Source: an uncultured Chlorobiaceae bacterium (GTDB taxonomy: Bacteria; Bacteroidota; Chlorobiia; Chlorobiales; Chlorobiaceae). Taken from it: a stretch of 64,000 bases of DNA. Shown here piece by piece: positions 30,465 to 39,960 of this stretch; within the stretch, counting starts at the first letter, position 1; the number at the start of each line of letters is the position of its first letter. Under the pieces are notes generated by a model. The model was given only the letters and a program-made list of their open reading frames with translations. It did not search any database and had not been told where the DNA came from. The stretch is taken from assembly GCA_903843305.1 (NCBI GenBank), contig CAIMPI010000042.1:4920-68919 (forward strand), given 5' to 3'. The translations under genes were made by a program, and so were the position numbers.

Positions 30465-30644
30465 ATGCCAAGTATGGATACTTCGAACGATCAATACGAC
30501 AGCCCATGGAAAGAGGTCATTGAACGCTATTTTCCGGAGTTTATGGCGTTTTATTTCCCTGATGCTTATGCCGAAATTGATTGGTCAAAAGAGCATGTTT
30601 TTCTCGATCAGGAGCTGCGGGCAGTGGTGCCGGTCACTGAGTAG
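30465..30644 (+). pseudogene. Truncated second copy of the Rpn gene (59 aa)
   Basis: MPSMDTSNDQYDSPWKEVIERYFPEFMAFYFPDAYAEIDWSKEHVFLDQELRAVV, then the repeat-derived PVTE*. Confidence 0.88.
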
Positions 30645-30699
30645 GCCGACAGCTACTTCTCTCGGTCACTGAGTAGGGCGAAGCCCGTATCGAAGTGCC
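30632..30699 (+). repeat. Second tandem pair of REP-like GGTCACTGAGTAG units
   Basis: GGTCACTGAGTAGGCCGACAGCTAC (30632-30656) and GGTCACTGAGTAGGGCGAAGCCCGTATCGAAGTGCC (30664-30699). Confidence 0.8.
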
Positions 30700-30798
30700 T
30701 ATATCGCAATGCTTGTCAGGGTTAATGCGCCGACTGATGAAAATCGCAAAATTCATAGTATAATACTTGCAGATTAACATTTTGAAAATTATGATGAT

Positions 30799-31023
30799 AT
30801 GGAAACCATTATTACTATTCATATAGAAAAGCTTCCAGAAGGTTTTTATTTAGCGACCTCCGATACTTTGCAGGGACTTGTGGCTCAGGGAAGAACTATA
30901 AGTGAAACTCTTGAGATAGCTCGTGATGTTGCTAAAATGCTTCTTGAAGCGGGCCAAAAACCTGAAAAAGACTATCTTCTGGCACAAGAATCCTTTGATT
31001 ACCCCTTAGTTGTAGGCTTATAA
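30799..31023 (+). CDS. hicB: HicB-like antitoxin
   Basis: EKLPEGFYLATSDTLQGLVAQGRTISETLEIARD, a partial RNase H-like HicB pattern. Confidence 0.8.
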   Translation: METIITIHIEKLPEGFYLATSDTLQGLVAQGRTISETLEIARDVAKMLLEAGQKPEKDYLLAQESFDYPLVVGL

Positions 31024-31247
31024 TGGGGAGGCTTGCTAATCATTCATACCGGCAGATTATCAGGAAACTGAAAACTTTCGGTTTTGAATTTTACAGGCAA
31101 GCTGCCGGGAGTCATGAACTCTGGTTTCATCCTGGCAGAAAGATATTTACGACAATCCCGAATCATCCGGGAGATATGCCTGAGGGAACATTAAGAGCCA
31201 TCTTGAAACAGGCACAAATATCAGTTGATGATTTTCTTAAAGCCTGA
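31023..31247 (+). CDS. hicA: HicA-family mRNA interferase toxin
   Basis: GFEFYRQAAGSHELW..., TIPNH and EGTLRAILKQA motifs. Confidence 0.88.
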   Translation: MGRLANHSYRQIIRKLKTFGFEFYRQAAGSHELWFHPGRKIFTTIPNHPGDMPEGTLRAILKQAQISVDDFLKA

Positions 31248-31254
31248 ATGTAAC

Positions 31255-31421
31255 TGGGATGAGGCAGTTATGACTTCGCTAACTCTGGAAGCTGTTTTCA
31301 AGCAAACGAACTGCTGGCGCCGGATAATGCTTTTGGATTGATTACGGTGGCACATATCCTGACACAACAAACCCGATGGTACATCGAGAAAGCTGATGGA
31401 TAGCTCTCTCCTGAATAATCT
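31255..31421 (+). pseudogene. Chimeric scar: Rpn 3' fragment, Rpn internal fragment and fcl fragment
   Basis: 31255-31301 resembles the Rpn C-terminus (WDEAVMTSLTLEAVF). 31308-31376 matches 29921-29989 at 66/69. 31369-31421 matches 37248-37300 at 49/53. Confidence 0.85.
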
Positions 31422-31497
31422 TGTATTCCGTATAATAGTGTTAGATAGTTTTATATTAAGGGAAGTGAAAAAAGTAGAACTATTATTGAACAATAGA

Positions 31498-31725
31498 ATG
31501 AGAGAAGCAGTAATTTATCCGGGTGAAGATGGCTACTGGGTTGCAGAATGCCCAAGCCTTCCTGGTTGTGTATCACAGGGTACTTCGCGAGAAGATGCCA
31601 TAGTTAATATTCGTGAAGCAATTCATGCTTATGTCTTGGCTTTAGAGGAAGATGGATTGCCTGTTCCCTTTTTGGTAAAGAATATCTTTCTTGGTAAGGT
31701 ATCCTTACATCATTACGATCTCTAA
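31498..31725 (+). CDS. hicB: HicB-family antitoxin, orphan
   Basis: MREAVIYPGEDGYWVAECPSLPGCVSQGTSREDAIVNIREAI; no adjacent HicA downstream. Confidence 0.82.
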   Translation: MREAVIYPGEDGYWVAECPSLPGCVSQGTSREDAIVNIREAIHAYVLALEEDGLPVPFLVKNIFLGKVSLHHYDL

Positions 31726-31962
31726 ATGAATGCCATGTTAGCCAGAATTACCAGCAAGAATCAATTGACCTTGCCAAAATCTATAGTAACCTCACTTCCT
31801 AAAACAGATTATTTTGAGGTGGAAGTTGAGAATGGCCGAATCATGCTTACGCCTGTGCGTGTGCAGCAGGCAGATGCCGTGCGTTCCAAATTAGAAGCTT
31901 TGGGTATTAATGACCAGGATGTTCTGGATGCGATAGATTGGGCAAGAAAAAGTCAGCCGTGA
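31726..31962 (+). CDS. AbrB/MazE/SpoVT-family antitoxin
   Basis: LARITSKNQLTLPKSI...YFEVEVENGRIMLTPV. Confidence 0.88.
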   Translation: MNAMLARITSKNQLTLPKSIVTSLPKTDYFEVEVENGRIMLTPVRVQQADAVRSKLEALGINDQDVLDAIDWARKSQP

Positions 31963-32381
31963 GCTATCGCATAGTGCTTGATACGAACTGCATTATTTCT
32001 GCCTTGATATTTTCACGCCAGAAGATGGCATGGCTTCGTCAGAGCTGGCAGTCTGGGGCTATCATCCCATTAGTCAGCAAGGAAACGGCCAGTGAACTAT
32101 TGAAAGTGTTGTCCTATCCAAAATTCAAGCTCACAAACAGAGAGCGATTGATATTGCTGGCTGATTTTATGCCTTACGTCGAAACGGTCACTTTGCTTGA
32201 GGTGCCACCTGACTTACCTGTAATCAGAGATAAAGCCGATCAAATATTTATAACGTTAGCTGTAGTTGGCAACGCGGATGCCTTGGTTACTGGCGATAAC
32301 GACCTGCTTGTTCTTAAGGATAGCTTTAAGACTCCCCCAATAATGTCGCTCAGTGAATTTGAGCAATGGCACAAAAGCTGA
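31959..32381 (+). CDS. PIN-domain (VapC-like) toxin
   Basis: RIVLDTNCIISAL and RDKADQIFITLA..GNADALVTGDNDLL motifs; the GTG start overlaps the antitoxin stop. Confidence 0.88.
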   Translation: MSYRIVLDTNCIISALIFSRQKMAWLRQSWQSGAIIPLVSKETASELLKVLSYPKFKLTNRERLILLADFMPYVETVTLLEVPPDLPVIRDKADQIFITLAVVGNADALVTGDNDLLVLKDSFKTPPIMSLSEFEQWHKS

Positions 32382-32390
32382 AGGATATTT

Positions 32391-34262
32391 TTGATGACTG
32401 ACCTTCTGCGTTTCATGACCGCCGGTAGCGTCGATGATGGTAAATCAACCATGATCGGCAGACTTCTCTATGACGCTGACGCCCTCTATGACGACCATAT
32501 TGAAGCCTTGAGCAAAGGTGTGCGTTGCAAAGACGGCAGTATGGATTTTTCTCTGGTGACCGACGGTTTAAGGGCTGAACGTGAACAGGGAATTACCATT
32601 GATGTCGCTTACCGTTATTTTGCAACTCCACATCGTCGTTTTATTATTGCTGATGCGCCGGGTCATGAGCAGTATACCCGTAACATGGCTACTGCGGCAT
32701 CAAATGCCGATCTGGCGGTGCTGTTGATTGATGCCCGGTTGGGAGTGCAAACCCAGTCGAAGCGCCATGCGTTTATCTGCTCTCTGCTCGGCGTGCCAAG
32801 ATTGGTCGTTGCAGTAAATAAAATGGATTTGGTCGGGTTCAGTGAGTCTCGCTTTCGGGAGATTGAAGAGGAGTATCGCCAGTTTGCGCTGCGGCTTGGC
32901 TTAAAAAATCTCCAGTTTATCCCGGTTTGTGCGGTGGATGGTGATAATTTGCTGCATCGGAGCGAAAGAATGCCCTGGTATGCCGGGCCCTGCCTGCTCT
33001 CTTATCTTGAGCATGTCTATGTTGCTGGCGATCGCAATCTGGTCGATTTTCGTATGCCCGTGCAGCGGGTTGTCAGGCCCTCTTCGGCTTTTCGTGGTTA
33101 CAGTGGTACTGTCGCTTCAGGAGTGCTGCGCATGGGTGACGATGTGGTTGCTTTGCCCTCAGGGTTTCGTTCTCGGATTACCGGTATTTATCTTGGTGCA
33201 GCAGCCTTGACGCAGGCCGTTGCAGGGCAGTCGGTCACCGTCACGCTTGATGATGAGCTGGATATAGGAAGAGGTGATTTGCTGGCGCATCCCGGCAATA
33301 TTCCCCATGAGTACAAAGAGCTTGAGGTCATGGTGGTCTGGACCGGTGATGAACCACTGGTGCAGGGAAGTGTGGTGCAATTGAAACATGCCTGCCAATG
33401 GGTTAAGGCTCGTTGCGAGGCTATCTGCTATCGGGTAGATCCCGATACGCTGCGTCAGGAGCAGGCAGATGCACTCAATCTGAACGATATTGCCCGGTTG
33501 CGCCTTACCCTTTATCGCCCCATATTTGCCGATGCTTACAGTCGTAACCGCTCTATGGGGGCTTTGGTACTGGTCTCTGCCACGAGCAACGATACCCTGG
33601 GAGCTGCAACTATCCTGGAAAGAATCGATTATGATGCGGTCTTGAAGAGCGACCGTTCAGTGACTGAGCAACGCGAGATCGTCTGGCACCAGGGGCAGGT
33701 GACTCCTGCTGAACGTCAAGCGTTGCCTGGATTCAGGCATCAACCCGTGGTATTATGGTTAACCGGTTTGTCGGGTTCAGGAAAATCAACCATTGCTTTT
33801 GCCCTGGAACGGCGGCTCATCAGTAGGGGAACGCCCTGTTGCGTCTTGGACGGAGATAATATTCGTCATGGTTTGAACCGTGATCTTGGCTTTTCACCCC
33901 TTGACCGAACGGAAAATATCCGTCGTGTGGCCGAGGTTGCCCGACTCATGATGGATGCAGGGCTGATTGTTATAACCTCTTTTATCTCGCCGTTCCGGGA
34001 TGATCGTGCAATGGCTCGCTCAATCATCGGAACAGAGCAGTTTGTGGAGGTCTACTTGAACGCATCTCTTGAAGTCTGCGAGAAACGCGACACAAAAGGG
34101 CTTTACCAAAAAGCCCGAGCAGGGGAGCTTCCCGGTTTTACAGGTATCTCCTCCCCTTATGAACCCCCCGAAAATCCGTCATTAACCATCGATACCAGTT
34201 CTCTCACTATCGACACCTGCGTCAACTCTTTGCTTGCAAAAGTAACCTCTTTAAGTAAATAG
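32391..34262 (+). CDS. cysNC: Bifunctional sulfate adenylyltransferase subunit 1/adenylylsulfate kinase (CysNC/NodQ-like)
   Basis: [31 protein letters not shown] and VNKMD motifs; APS-kinase [22 protein letters not shown] and SFISP motifs. Confidence 0.95.
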   Translation: MMTDLLRFMTAGSVDDGKSTMIGRLLYDADALYDDHIEALSKGVRCKDGSMDFSLVTDGLRAEREQGITIDVAYRYFATPHRRFIIADAPGHEQYTRNMATAASNADLAVLLIDARLGVQTQSKRHAFICSLLGVPRLVVAVNKMDLVGFSESRFREIEEEYRQFALRLGLKNLQFIPVCAVDGDNLLHRSERMPWYAGPCLLSYLEHVYVAGDRNLVDFRMPVQRVVRPSSAFRGYSGTVASGVLRMGDDVVALPSGFRSRITGIYLGAAALTQAVAGQSVTVTLDDELDIGRGDLLAHPGNIPHEYKELEVMVVWTGDEPLVQGSVVQLKHACQWVKARCEAICYRVDPDTLRQEQADALNLNDIARLRLTLYRPIFADAYSRNRSMGALVLVSATSNDTLGAATILERIDYDAVLKSDRSVTEQREIVWHQGQVTPAERQALPGFRHQPVVLWLTGLSGSGKSTIAFALERRLISRGTPCCVLDGDNIRHGLNRDLGFSPLDRTENIRRVAEVARLMMDAGLIVITSFISPFRDDRAMARSIIGTEQFVEVYLNASLEVCEKRDTKGLYQKARAGELPGFTGISSPYEPPENPSLTIDTSSLTIDTCVNSLLAKVTSLSK

Positions 34263-34274
34263 ACAGGCAAACCT

Positions 34275-34634
34275 TTATCCAATGATTATGATTTTGTCGT
34301 TAGCTACCTTTGGCAAGAACTTTTCACTATTACGTCCGTAAATATGTGGTCTGGTGCGTTCGAGAAACCATGCGCTGGCGCGCCAGTTCTTTTTTCCCGC
34401 ATTCATTATGTTTTGGAGGTGTGTCTGTTCGCAACGTGCCCGAGCCGCCGGTATCCCGTCATACAGTTTTCGCTGTAGGCTCTCTGTTTCATTCTTTGCA
34501 TCCTCTTCTCCCTTATTGAACCATAAGTAGTAAGTTTTTTCGCTGATACCCGCTACATAACAGGCATTTTCGACGCTCATACCTTGGGAAATATAGTCGA
34601 GAATTTTGTTGATGTACATTTTGCTGAGTTTCAT
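34275..34634 (-). CDS. HTH protein resembling a phage terminase small subunit
   Basis: ISQGMSVENACYVAGISEKTYYLW HTH and the C-terminal WRASAWFLERTRPHIYG motif; start re-called to the ATG at 34634. Confidence 0.6.
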   Translation of the reverse strand: MKLSKMYINKILDYISQGMSVENACYVAGISEKTYYLWFNKGEEDAKNETESLQRKLYDGIPAARARCEQTHLQNIMNAGKKNWRASAWFLERTRPHIYGRNSEKFLPKVANDKIIIIG

Positions 34635-34899
34635 AATTGAGGAATGTTTTTTCCTTAAAAAAAAGCTGAAAACAGAAAAACTGATTATATTGATGGCCAT
34701 AATCCCTGATAATATACCGCATATCTCCCTGAAAACCGCCATCGAGGCTGTAATTCCTGTAATTTTTGCATAAAAGATATGCGTTATAGGTATTGTTTAT
34801 AACGAGCAGTAGTATTTTTTTTCGCGATCATCCCCTATATATTTAATCCAAACAAATCCCCACTTTAGGCTTTTTGTCAACAGCTTCTCTGGAAATACT

Positions 34900-36405
34900 A
34901 TGATGCGGAAACGTACGTTTGCCCTTATTATACTGCTCTTGACCATTTCCTTTCCCGCTTATGCAGAGTCATTGCTCACTACAGATGCCCTGAAAGCCAG
35001 CTATGAAGAGTTAACCCTTCCCGGCAAAGAACGAATGGGAATGGTCGAACTGGGGATCATGCACGATTTTACCGACAACATCTCTTTAGGATTCGGTTCC
35101 TGGATGGCCGTTAACGGGGAGCGAGGCGGATTTATAACGATTGGTCTTGACGGCGGCCTCCACTATCCTGTCACTGAAGTGATTGACCTCGACACCGGAC
35201 TCTCTGTCGGTGCAGGTGGTGGTCGTGGGGGATATACCCTCAGTGGAGGGGGGCTGATGTTGCGTACTTATGCCGGGTTGCGCTATAACATGGGTTCGTG
35301 GGGTTGGTTGGGAGCAGGGGTAAGCTATGTCGATTTTCCAAATGGCGGTGCCATTCACTCTACGCAGCCTTTTTTGACCTATACACTGCCCTTTACCTCA
35401 TTCATTGAAAATGGCTGGGGCAAGAGTCAGCAATCTCTTGGCGATAAGCAATACAACAGGTTATCACCAAAGGTACATTCGTTGGAGCTGGTTACTCGTA
35501 AACTGTTTATGGCCTCAACATCAAGAACCGATACGGGTGGAGAGCAGGGTGATCTTACAATCCTTGGTATAGAGTGGCGTACATACCTCGGCGACAACTG
35601 GTATGCAAAACTCGAAACTGAAGGTGCAGCGGGAGGCAGTGCAGGGTATATGCAGATTCTTGCTGGCGCTGGTTACCGGATCGCGTTGACCGACAAGCTT
35701 TTTGCTGATACCGATCTATCCCTTGGCGCAGGTGGGGGCGGTGGCGTTGATAGCGGAGGAGGTCTGCTTCTCAATGGCTCAGCAGGAATGCAATACTTCC
35801 TTACCCCTCATTTTTTTGCCGCTCTTTCAGCCGCTCATCTAAAAGCCACAGGCGGAAGCTTTCAAGCCAACACTCTTGCCTTCAAGCTTGGCTACCAGAC
35901 AGGTGTTCACACCCCTGAATCCGCTGGGCTGGCGCCTGCCTGTATGCAAATTCGAGTGGCCAACCAGACGTATCAACAGGCATCTGACCTTTGGCGCTCC
36001 CATCACGCTAATAAGAGCATCGAAAATTTGGGGTTGCAGATTGATTATTTTATCAAGCCCGACTGGTACATCACTGGTCAGGCTTTTGCTGCCTATCAAG
36101 GAGACGCCGGAGCTTATATGACCGGTCTTGTCGGCCCCGGGTTCCGAAAAAACTTTTATGGCAATTTCTATCTCAACGCTGAAGCTCTTGCAGGAGCAGC
36201 CGGTGGTGGTGGCTTGGCCATGGGTTCGGGAGTTGTCTGGCAGGGAAATGCAGGAGTCGGGTATGAGATCACTCCGTCACTTTCTGCACTCGCAACACTT
36301 GGCAGAATGGAAGCCGTTAACGGTGATTTTAAAGCCAACGTGAAAGGTTTATCCCTTGCTTGGAAATTTAAAGCAAATGAACACAGTAACAAGGCTTTCC
36401 AGTAA
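34900..36405 (+). CDS. Predicted outer-membrane beta-barrel protein with three internal repeats
   Basis: Signal peptide (...FPAYA); alternating beta-strand pattern; three GAGGG-containing repeats. Confidence 0.65.
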   Translation: MMRKRTFALIILLLTISFPAYAESLLTTDALKASYEELTLPGKERMGMVELGIMHDFTDNISLGFGSWMAVNGERGGFITIGLDGGLHYPVTEVIDLDTGLSVGAGGGRGGYTLSGGGLMLRTYAGLRYNMGSWGWLGAGVSYVDFPNGGAIHSTQPFLTYTLPFTSFIENGWGKSQQSLGDKQYNRLSPKVHSLELVTRKLFMASTSRTDTGGEQGDLTILGIEWRTYLGDNWYAKLETEGAAGGSAGYMQILAGAGYRIALTDKLFADTDLSLGAGGGGGVDSGGGLLLNGSAGMQYFLTPHFFAALSAAHLKATGGSFQANTLAFKLGYQTGVHTPESAGLAPACMQIRVANQTYQQASDLWRSHHANKSIENLGLQIDYFIKPDWYITGQAFAAYQGDAGAYMTGLVGPGFRKNFYGNFYLNAEALAGAAGGGGLAMGSGVVWQGNAGVGYEITPSLSALATLGRMEAVNGDFKANVKGLSLAWKFKANEHSNKAFQ

Positions 36406-36419
36406 TCATTTCCATTTCA

Positions 36420-37385
36420 GTGAAGAACAAAATATACATAGCAGGACACCGGGGCATGGCAGGATCAGCGATTTTCCGTCATCTTCAGGCTAAAGGGTTT
36501 GACATGCGGGATGTAGTTGTCAGAACACACAAGGAGCTTGATCTGACCAGTCAGATTGCGGTTCGTGCATTTTTTGAACAAGAAAAGCCGGATCAAGTTT
36601 ATTTGGCGGCAGCCAAAGTTGGCGGCATACATGCCAACAACACCTACCCTGCAGAGTTTATCTACCAGAACCTCATGATAGAGACGAATGTTATCCATGA
36701 GGCTTGGCAGGTTGGCGTACAAAAACTTTTGTTTCTTGGTTCAAGCTGCATCTACCCCAAACAGGCGCCACAGCCTATGAACGAAAGTGCCCTGTTGACA
36801 GGTCCACTTGAATCGACTAATGAACCTTATGCCATAGCAAAAATTGCGGGCATCAAACTGTGTGAAAGCTACAATCGTCAATACGGCACAGACTACCGTA
36901 GCGTCATGCCAACCAACCTTTACGGAATCGGAGACAACTATCACCCGCAAAACAGCCACGTCATTCCTGCCCTGATACGTCGAATTCATGAAGCCGGAAT
37001 TAATGGCGCATCAGTGGTTACCATCTGGGGTACCGGTACTCCACGTCGGGAATTTCTCTATAGTGACGATATGGCAGCAGCGTGTGTCCATGTCATGAAT
37101 CTTGACCAGGCCACTTACAAAGCCTGTACCACGCCGATGCAGGGTCACCTTAACATAGGCTCAGGTGAAGACATCACCATTAAAGAGCTTGCATTGACCA
37201 TAGCAAAGGTAATCGAGTACAAGGGAGCTATAGAATTTGATCCCGCGAAACCCGATGGTACCCCGAGAAAGCTGATGGACAGTTCTCTCCTGAATAATCT
37301 CGGCTGGCAAGCTGACGTGCCGCTTGAAAAAGGGTTAAAGCTTGCATACAGCGATTTTTTACAAAACAATACTAATTTCCCATGA
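36420..37385 (+). CDS. fcl: GDP-L-fucose synthase, copy 2
   Basis: Same motif set as copy 1; overlaps the gmd start (ATGA). Confidence 0.95.
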   Translation: MKNKIYIAGHRGMAGSAIFRHLQAKGFDMRDVVVRTHKELDLTSQIAVRAFFEQEKPDQVYLAAAKVGGIHANNTYPAEFIYQNLMIETNVIHEAWQVGVQKLLFLGSSCIYPKQAPQPMNESALLTGPLESTNEPYAIAKIAGIKLCESYNRQYGTDYRSVMPTNLYGIGDNYHPQNSHVIPALIRRIHEAGINGASVVTIWGTGTPRREFLYSDDMAAACVHVMNLDQATYKACTTPMQGHLNIGSGEDITIKELALTIAKVIEYKGAIEFDPAKPDGTPRKLMDSSLLNNLGWQADVPLEKGLKLAYSDFLQNNTNFP

Positions 37386-38500
37386 ACGTTGCTCTCATCA
37401 CCGGAATTACCGGTCAGGACGGATCCTACTTGGCCGAATTTCTTCTCAAAAAAGGTTACGAAGTACATGGGATTAAGCGCAGAGCCAGTAGCTTGAATAC
37501 GCAGCGGATAGATCACCTTTACCAGGATCCCCACATTAATCATCGTAACTTTGTGCTCCATTACGGCGACCTGACCGATAGCAGTAACCTGACCCGCATC
37601 ATTGCCGAGGTACAGCCTGATGAAGTCTACAATCTCGGTGCACAAAGCCATGTGGCGGTGAGTTTTGAGGCGCCTGAATACACTGCTGACGTTGATGGCA
37701 TGGGCACATTGCGCCTGCTCGAAGCCATCCGTTTTCTTGGTCTCGAAAAGAAAACCAAATTCTATCAGGCATCAACCTCTGAACTCTATGGCTTGGTACA
37801 AGAGATCCCGCAACGGGAAACAACCCCATTTTATCCACGCAGTCCTTATGCCGTTGCCAAGCTTTACGCTTACTGGATCACGGTAAACTATCGTGAAGCT
37901 TATGGCATGTATGCCTGTAATGGTATTCTTTTTAACCACGAATCCCCTCGGCGCGGCGAAACTTTTGTGACCCGTAAAATCACTCGAAGTCTCGCCAACA
38001 TCTCTCAGGGACTTGAAGAATGTCTCTACATTGGCAACATTAACGCTCTTCGCGACTGGGGCCATGCCAGGGACTATGTCCGGATGCAATGGATGATGCT
38101 TCAGCAGGATGAACCCAAAGACTATGTCATAGCCACCGGTGTACAATATTCTGTGCGGCAATTCATTGAAAAAGCGGCACAACAGCTCGGTATAACAATC
38201 CGCTGGCAAGGATCTGGTGTCAATGAAGTCGGCATCATTGAGGCAATAAATCCTTCGCATGATCATGTATCGCTGACGACTGAGCAAGTTATCGTTCGAA
38301 TTGATTCCCGTTATTTCCGTCCTGCAGAGGTCGAGACCCTGCTCGGTGATCCCGCTAAAGCTAAAACTGATTTGAGTTGGGTCCCGGAAATAACGCTCGA
38401 TGAAATGATTACAGAAATGGTAAACCACGATCTCGATCTCGCAAAACAACACGCCCTCCTCAAAGCAAACGGCTACAACGTCGACGTGAGTAAAGAGTAG
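37382..38500 (+). CDS. gmd: GDP-mannose 4,6-dehydratase
   Basis: [41 protein letters not shown] and RDWGHA motifs. Confidence 0.97.
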   Translation: MNVALITGITGQDGSYLAEFLLKKGYEVHGIKRRASSLNTQRIDHLYQDPHINHRNFVLHYGDLTDSSNLTRIIAEVQPDEVYNLGAQSHVAVSFEAPEYTADVDGMGTLRLLEAIRFLGLEKKTKFYQASTSELYGLVQEIPQRETTPFYPRSPYAVAKLYAYWITVNYREAYGMYACNGILFNHESPRRGETFVTRKITRSLANISQGLEECLYIGNINALRDWGHARDYVRMQWMMLQQDEPKDYVIATGVQYSVRQFIEKAAQQLGITIRWQGSGVNEVGIIEAINPSHDHVSLTTEQVIVRIDSRYFRPAEVETLLGDPAKAKTDLSWVPEITLDEMITEMVNHDLDLAKQHALLKANGYNVDVSKE

Positions 38501-38539
38501 CAGGCGAAAGAGGGAAGGTATGAATCATCCATTGATGTT

Positions 38540-39289
38540 ATGCTTTTAATCAATAAAATTCTTCCAATACTGGTTCTGCCGTTGGGGTTTGCTCTTTTGT
38601 GTTTGCTCGCGGGTCTGGTTTTGCGCAAAAGGCTTTTGTTGTGGTATGCTGCGCTTTTCCTTTGGGCGTTCAGTATGCCTGTGGTGTGTAATGGTTTGAT
38701 GCGTTTTGTTGAGGGTGGTACCAGGCGTATTCCCGTGAGTGCGGTGAGCAGGGTCGATGCTATTGTGGTCTTGAGCGGCATGATTCGTCAGGTTGATGGT
38801 GCTCCGTTAGGTGAATGGGATGATGCCGCTGATAGGTTTGAAGGTGGTATCGACCTTTTCAAGGCACGAAAAGCGCCTCTGCTTGTGTTTACCAGAGGGC
38901 AGATGCCATGGCAACCGGACGCGATACCTGAAGGTGAGTTGCTCTCCAAACGGGCAGTGCTGCTCGGGGTTCCCCAATCATCAATTCGTTTGACTGCGAA
39001 GGTTGGTAATACTGCAGATGAAGCGGTTGCAGCGGCTAAATTGCTTGGTGACCGGAAAAAAATTATTTTGGTCACCAGCGCTTACCACATGCGGCGAGCT
39101 CTTTTTTTGTTTGAACATGCTGGTTTTGAGGTCGTGCCGTTTCGGGTGGATTATCAGGTGGATGATAACTCCGGTTTGACGGTATTGCGTTTTTTGCCAA
39201 GTGCTGAAGCACTTGCGCAGTCGGAGAAAGCTTTGCGTGAGATGATTGGATTGCTTTTTTATTGGGCTCGGTCGCAATTTGCAAAATAG
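38540..39289 (+). CDS. YdcF/DUF218 (ElyC/SanA-like) membrane protein
   Basis: AIVVLSG, GNTADEA, LVTSAYHMRRA motifs. Confidence 0.85.
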   Translation: MLLINKILPILVLPLGFALLCLLAGLVLRKRLLLWYAALFLWAFSMPVVCNGLMRFVEGGTRRIPVSAVSRVDAIVVLSGMIRQVDGAPLGEWDDAADRFEGGIDLFKARKAPLLVFTRGQMPWQPDAIPEGELLSKRAVLLGVPQSSIRLTAKVGNTADEAVAAAKLLGDRKKIILVTSAYHMRRALFLFEHAGFEVVPFRVDYQVDDNSGLTVLRFLPSAEALAQSEKALREMIGLLFYWARSQFAK

Positions 39290-39369
39290 TCTCTTGTTAT
39301 TACTTTTTTTTACAAAATTGCGTTCTTTTTGTTCAATGAATGGTTTTCAAATTTTGCAATCGACAATGA

Positions 39370-39960
39370 ATGGATGATGTTGTCTCTTTACGGTGGTATG
39401 CTGTCTATATTCGCTCCAGGTATGAAAAAAAAGTGCATCAACTCTTGCTTGAGCAGGAAGTGGTGAGTTTTCTTCCGTTGCTTGAAACCTGGAGGCAATG
39501 GAGTGACAGGAAAAAAAAGGTCTCTGAGCCGTTGTTTAGAGGTTATTTGTTTGTCAACATTGATATACACAAAGACAATATCAATGTGCTCGACACGGAA
39601 GGTGTTGTGAAGTTTGTCGGGATTGGCAAAAACCCTTCTGTGATCAGTGAAAAAGATATTGACTGGCTTAAAAAGCTGGTCAGGGAGCCTGATGTTGTTA
39701 AGCGGACAGTCTCTTCTCTTCCAGTGGGTCATAAGGTCAAGGTTCTTGCTGGCCCGTTCAAGGATTTTGAAGGGGTTGTGGTAAAACAGGGTCGGGAGAC
39801 CAGGCTTGTGGTTTTTTTTGACACTATCATGCAGGGTGTTGAGGTCAGCATTTTTCCGGATTTGCTTGTACCAATTACAGGCACCACTCAGCCTCTTAAT
39901 TTGGAATTATCAGCGCATAGTGAGCTGATAGCTGTGGAAAAGCATTTTCTTCGTCTATGA
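39370..39960 (+). CDS. upxY: UpxY/RfaH-type NusG-paralog transcription antiterminator
   Basis: WYAVYIRSRYEKKV, QWSDRKKKVSEPLFRGYLFV, KOW motif VKVLAGPFKDFEG. Confidence 0.88.
   Translation: MDDVVSLRWYAVYIRSRYEKKVHQLLLEQEVVSFLPLLETWRQWSDRKKKVSEPLFRGYLFVNIDIHKDNINVLDTEGVVKFVGIGKNPSVISEKDIDWLKKLVREPDVVKRTVSSLPVGHKVKVLAGPFKDFEGVVVKQGRETRLVVFFDTIMQGVEVSIFPDLLVPITGTTQPLNLELSAHSELIAVEKHFLRL

Larger units (their letters stand above)
29432..30630 (+). repeat. 181-bp near-identical direct repeat (29432-29612 and 30450-30630) covering the 5' end of the Rpn gene
   Basis: Both copies begin TCTTGCCTGAATAAAATGCCA and end GGAGCTGCGGGCAGTGGTGC. Confidence 0.9.

Noticed and set aside
30759-30795. Sigma70-like promoter for hicB-hicA
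   Set aside because: TTGCAG-17-TATGAT ends only 3 nt before the ATG, and the alternative TATAAT (30759) lacks a credible -35; not supportable.
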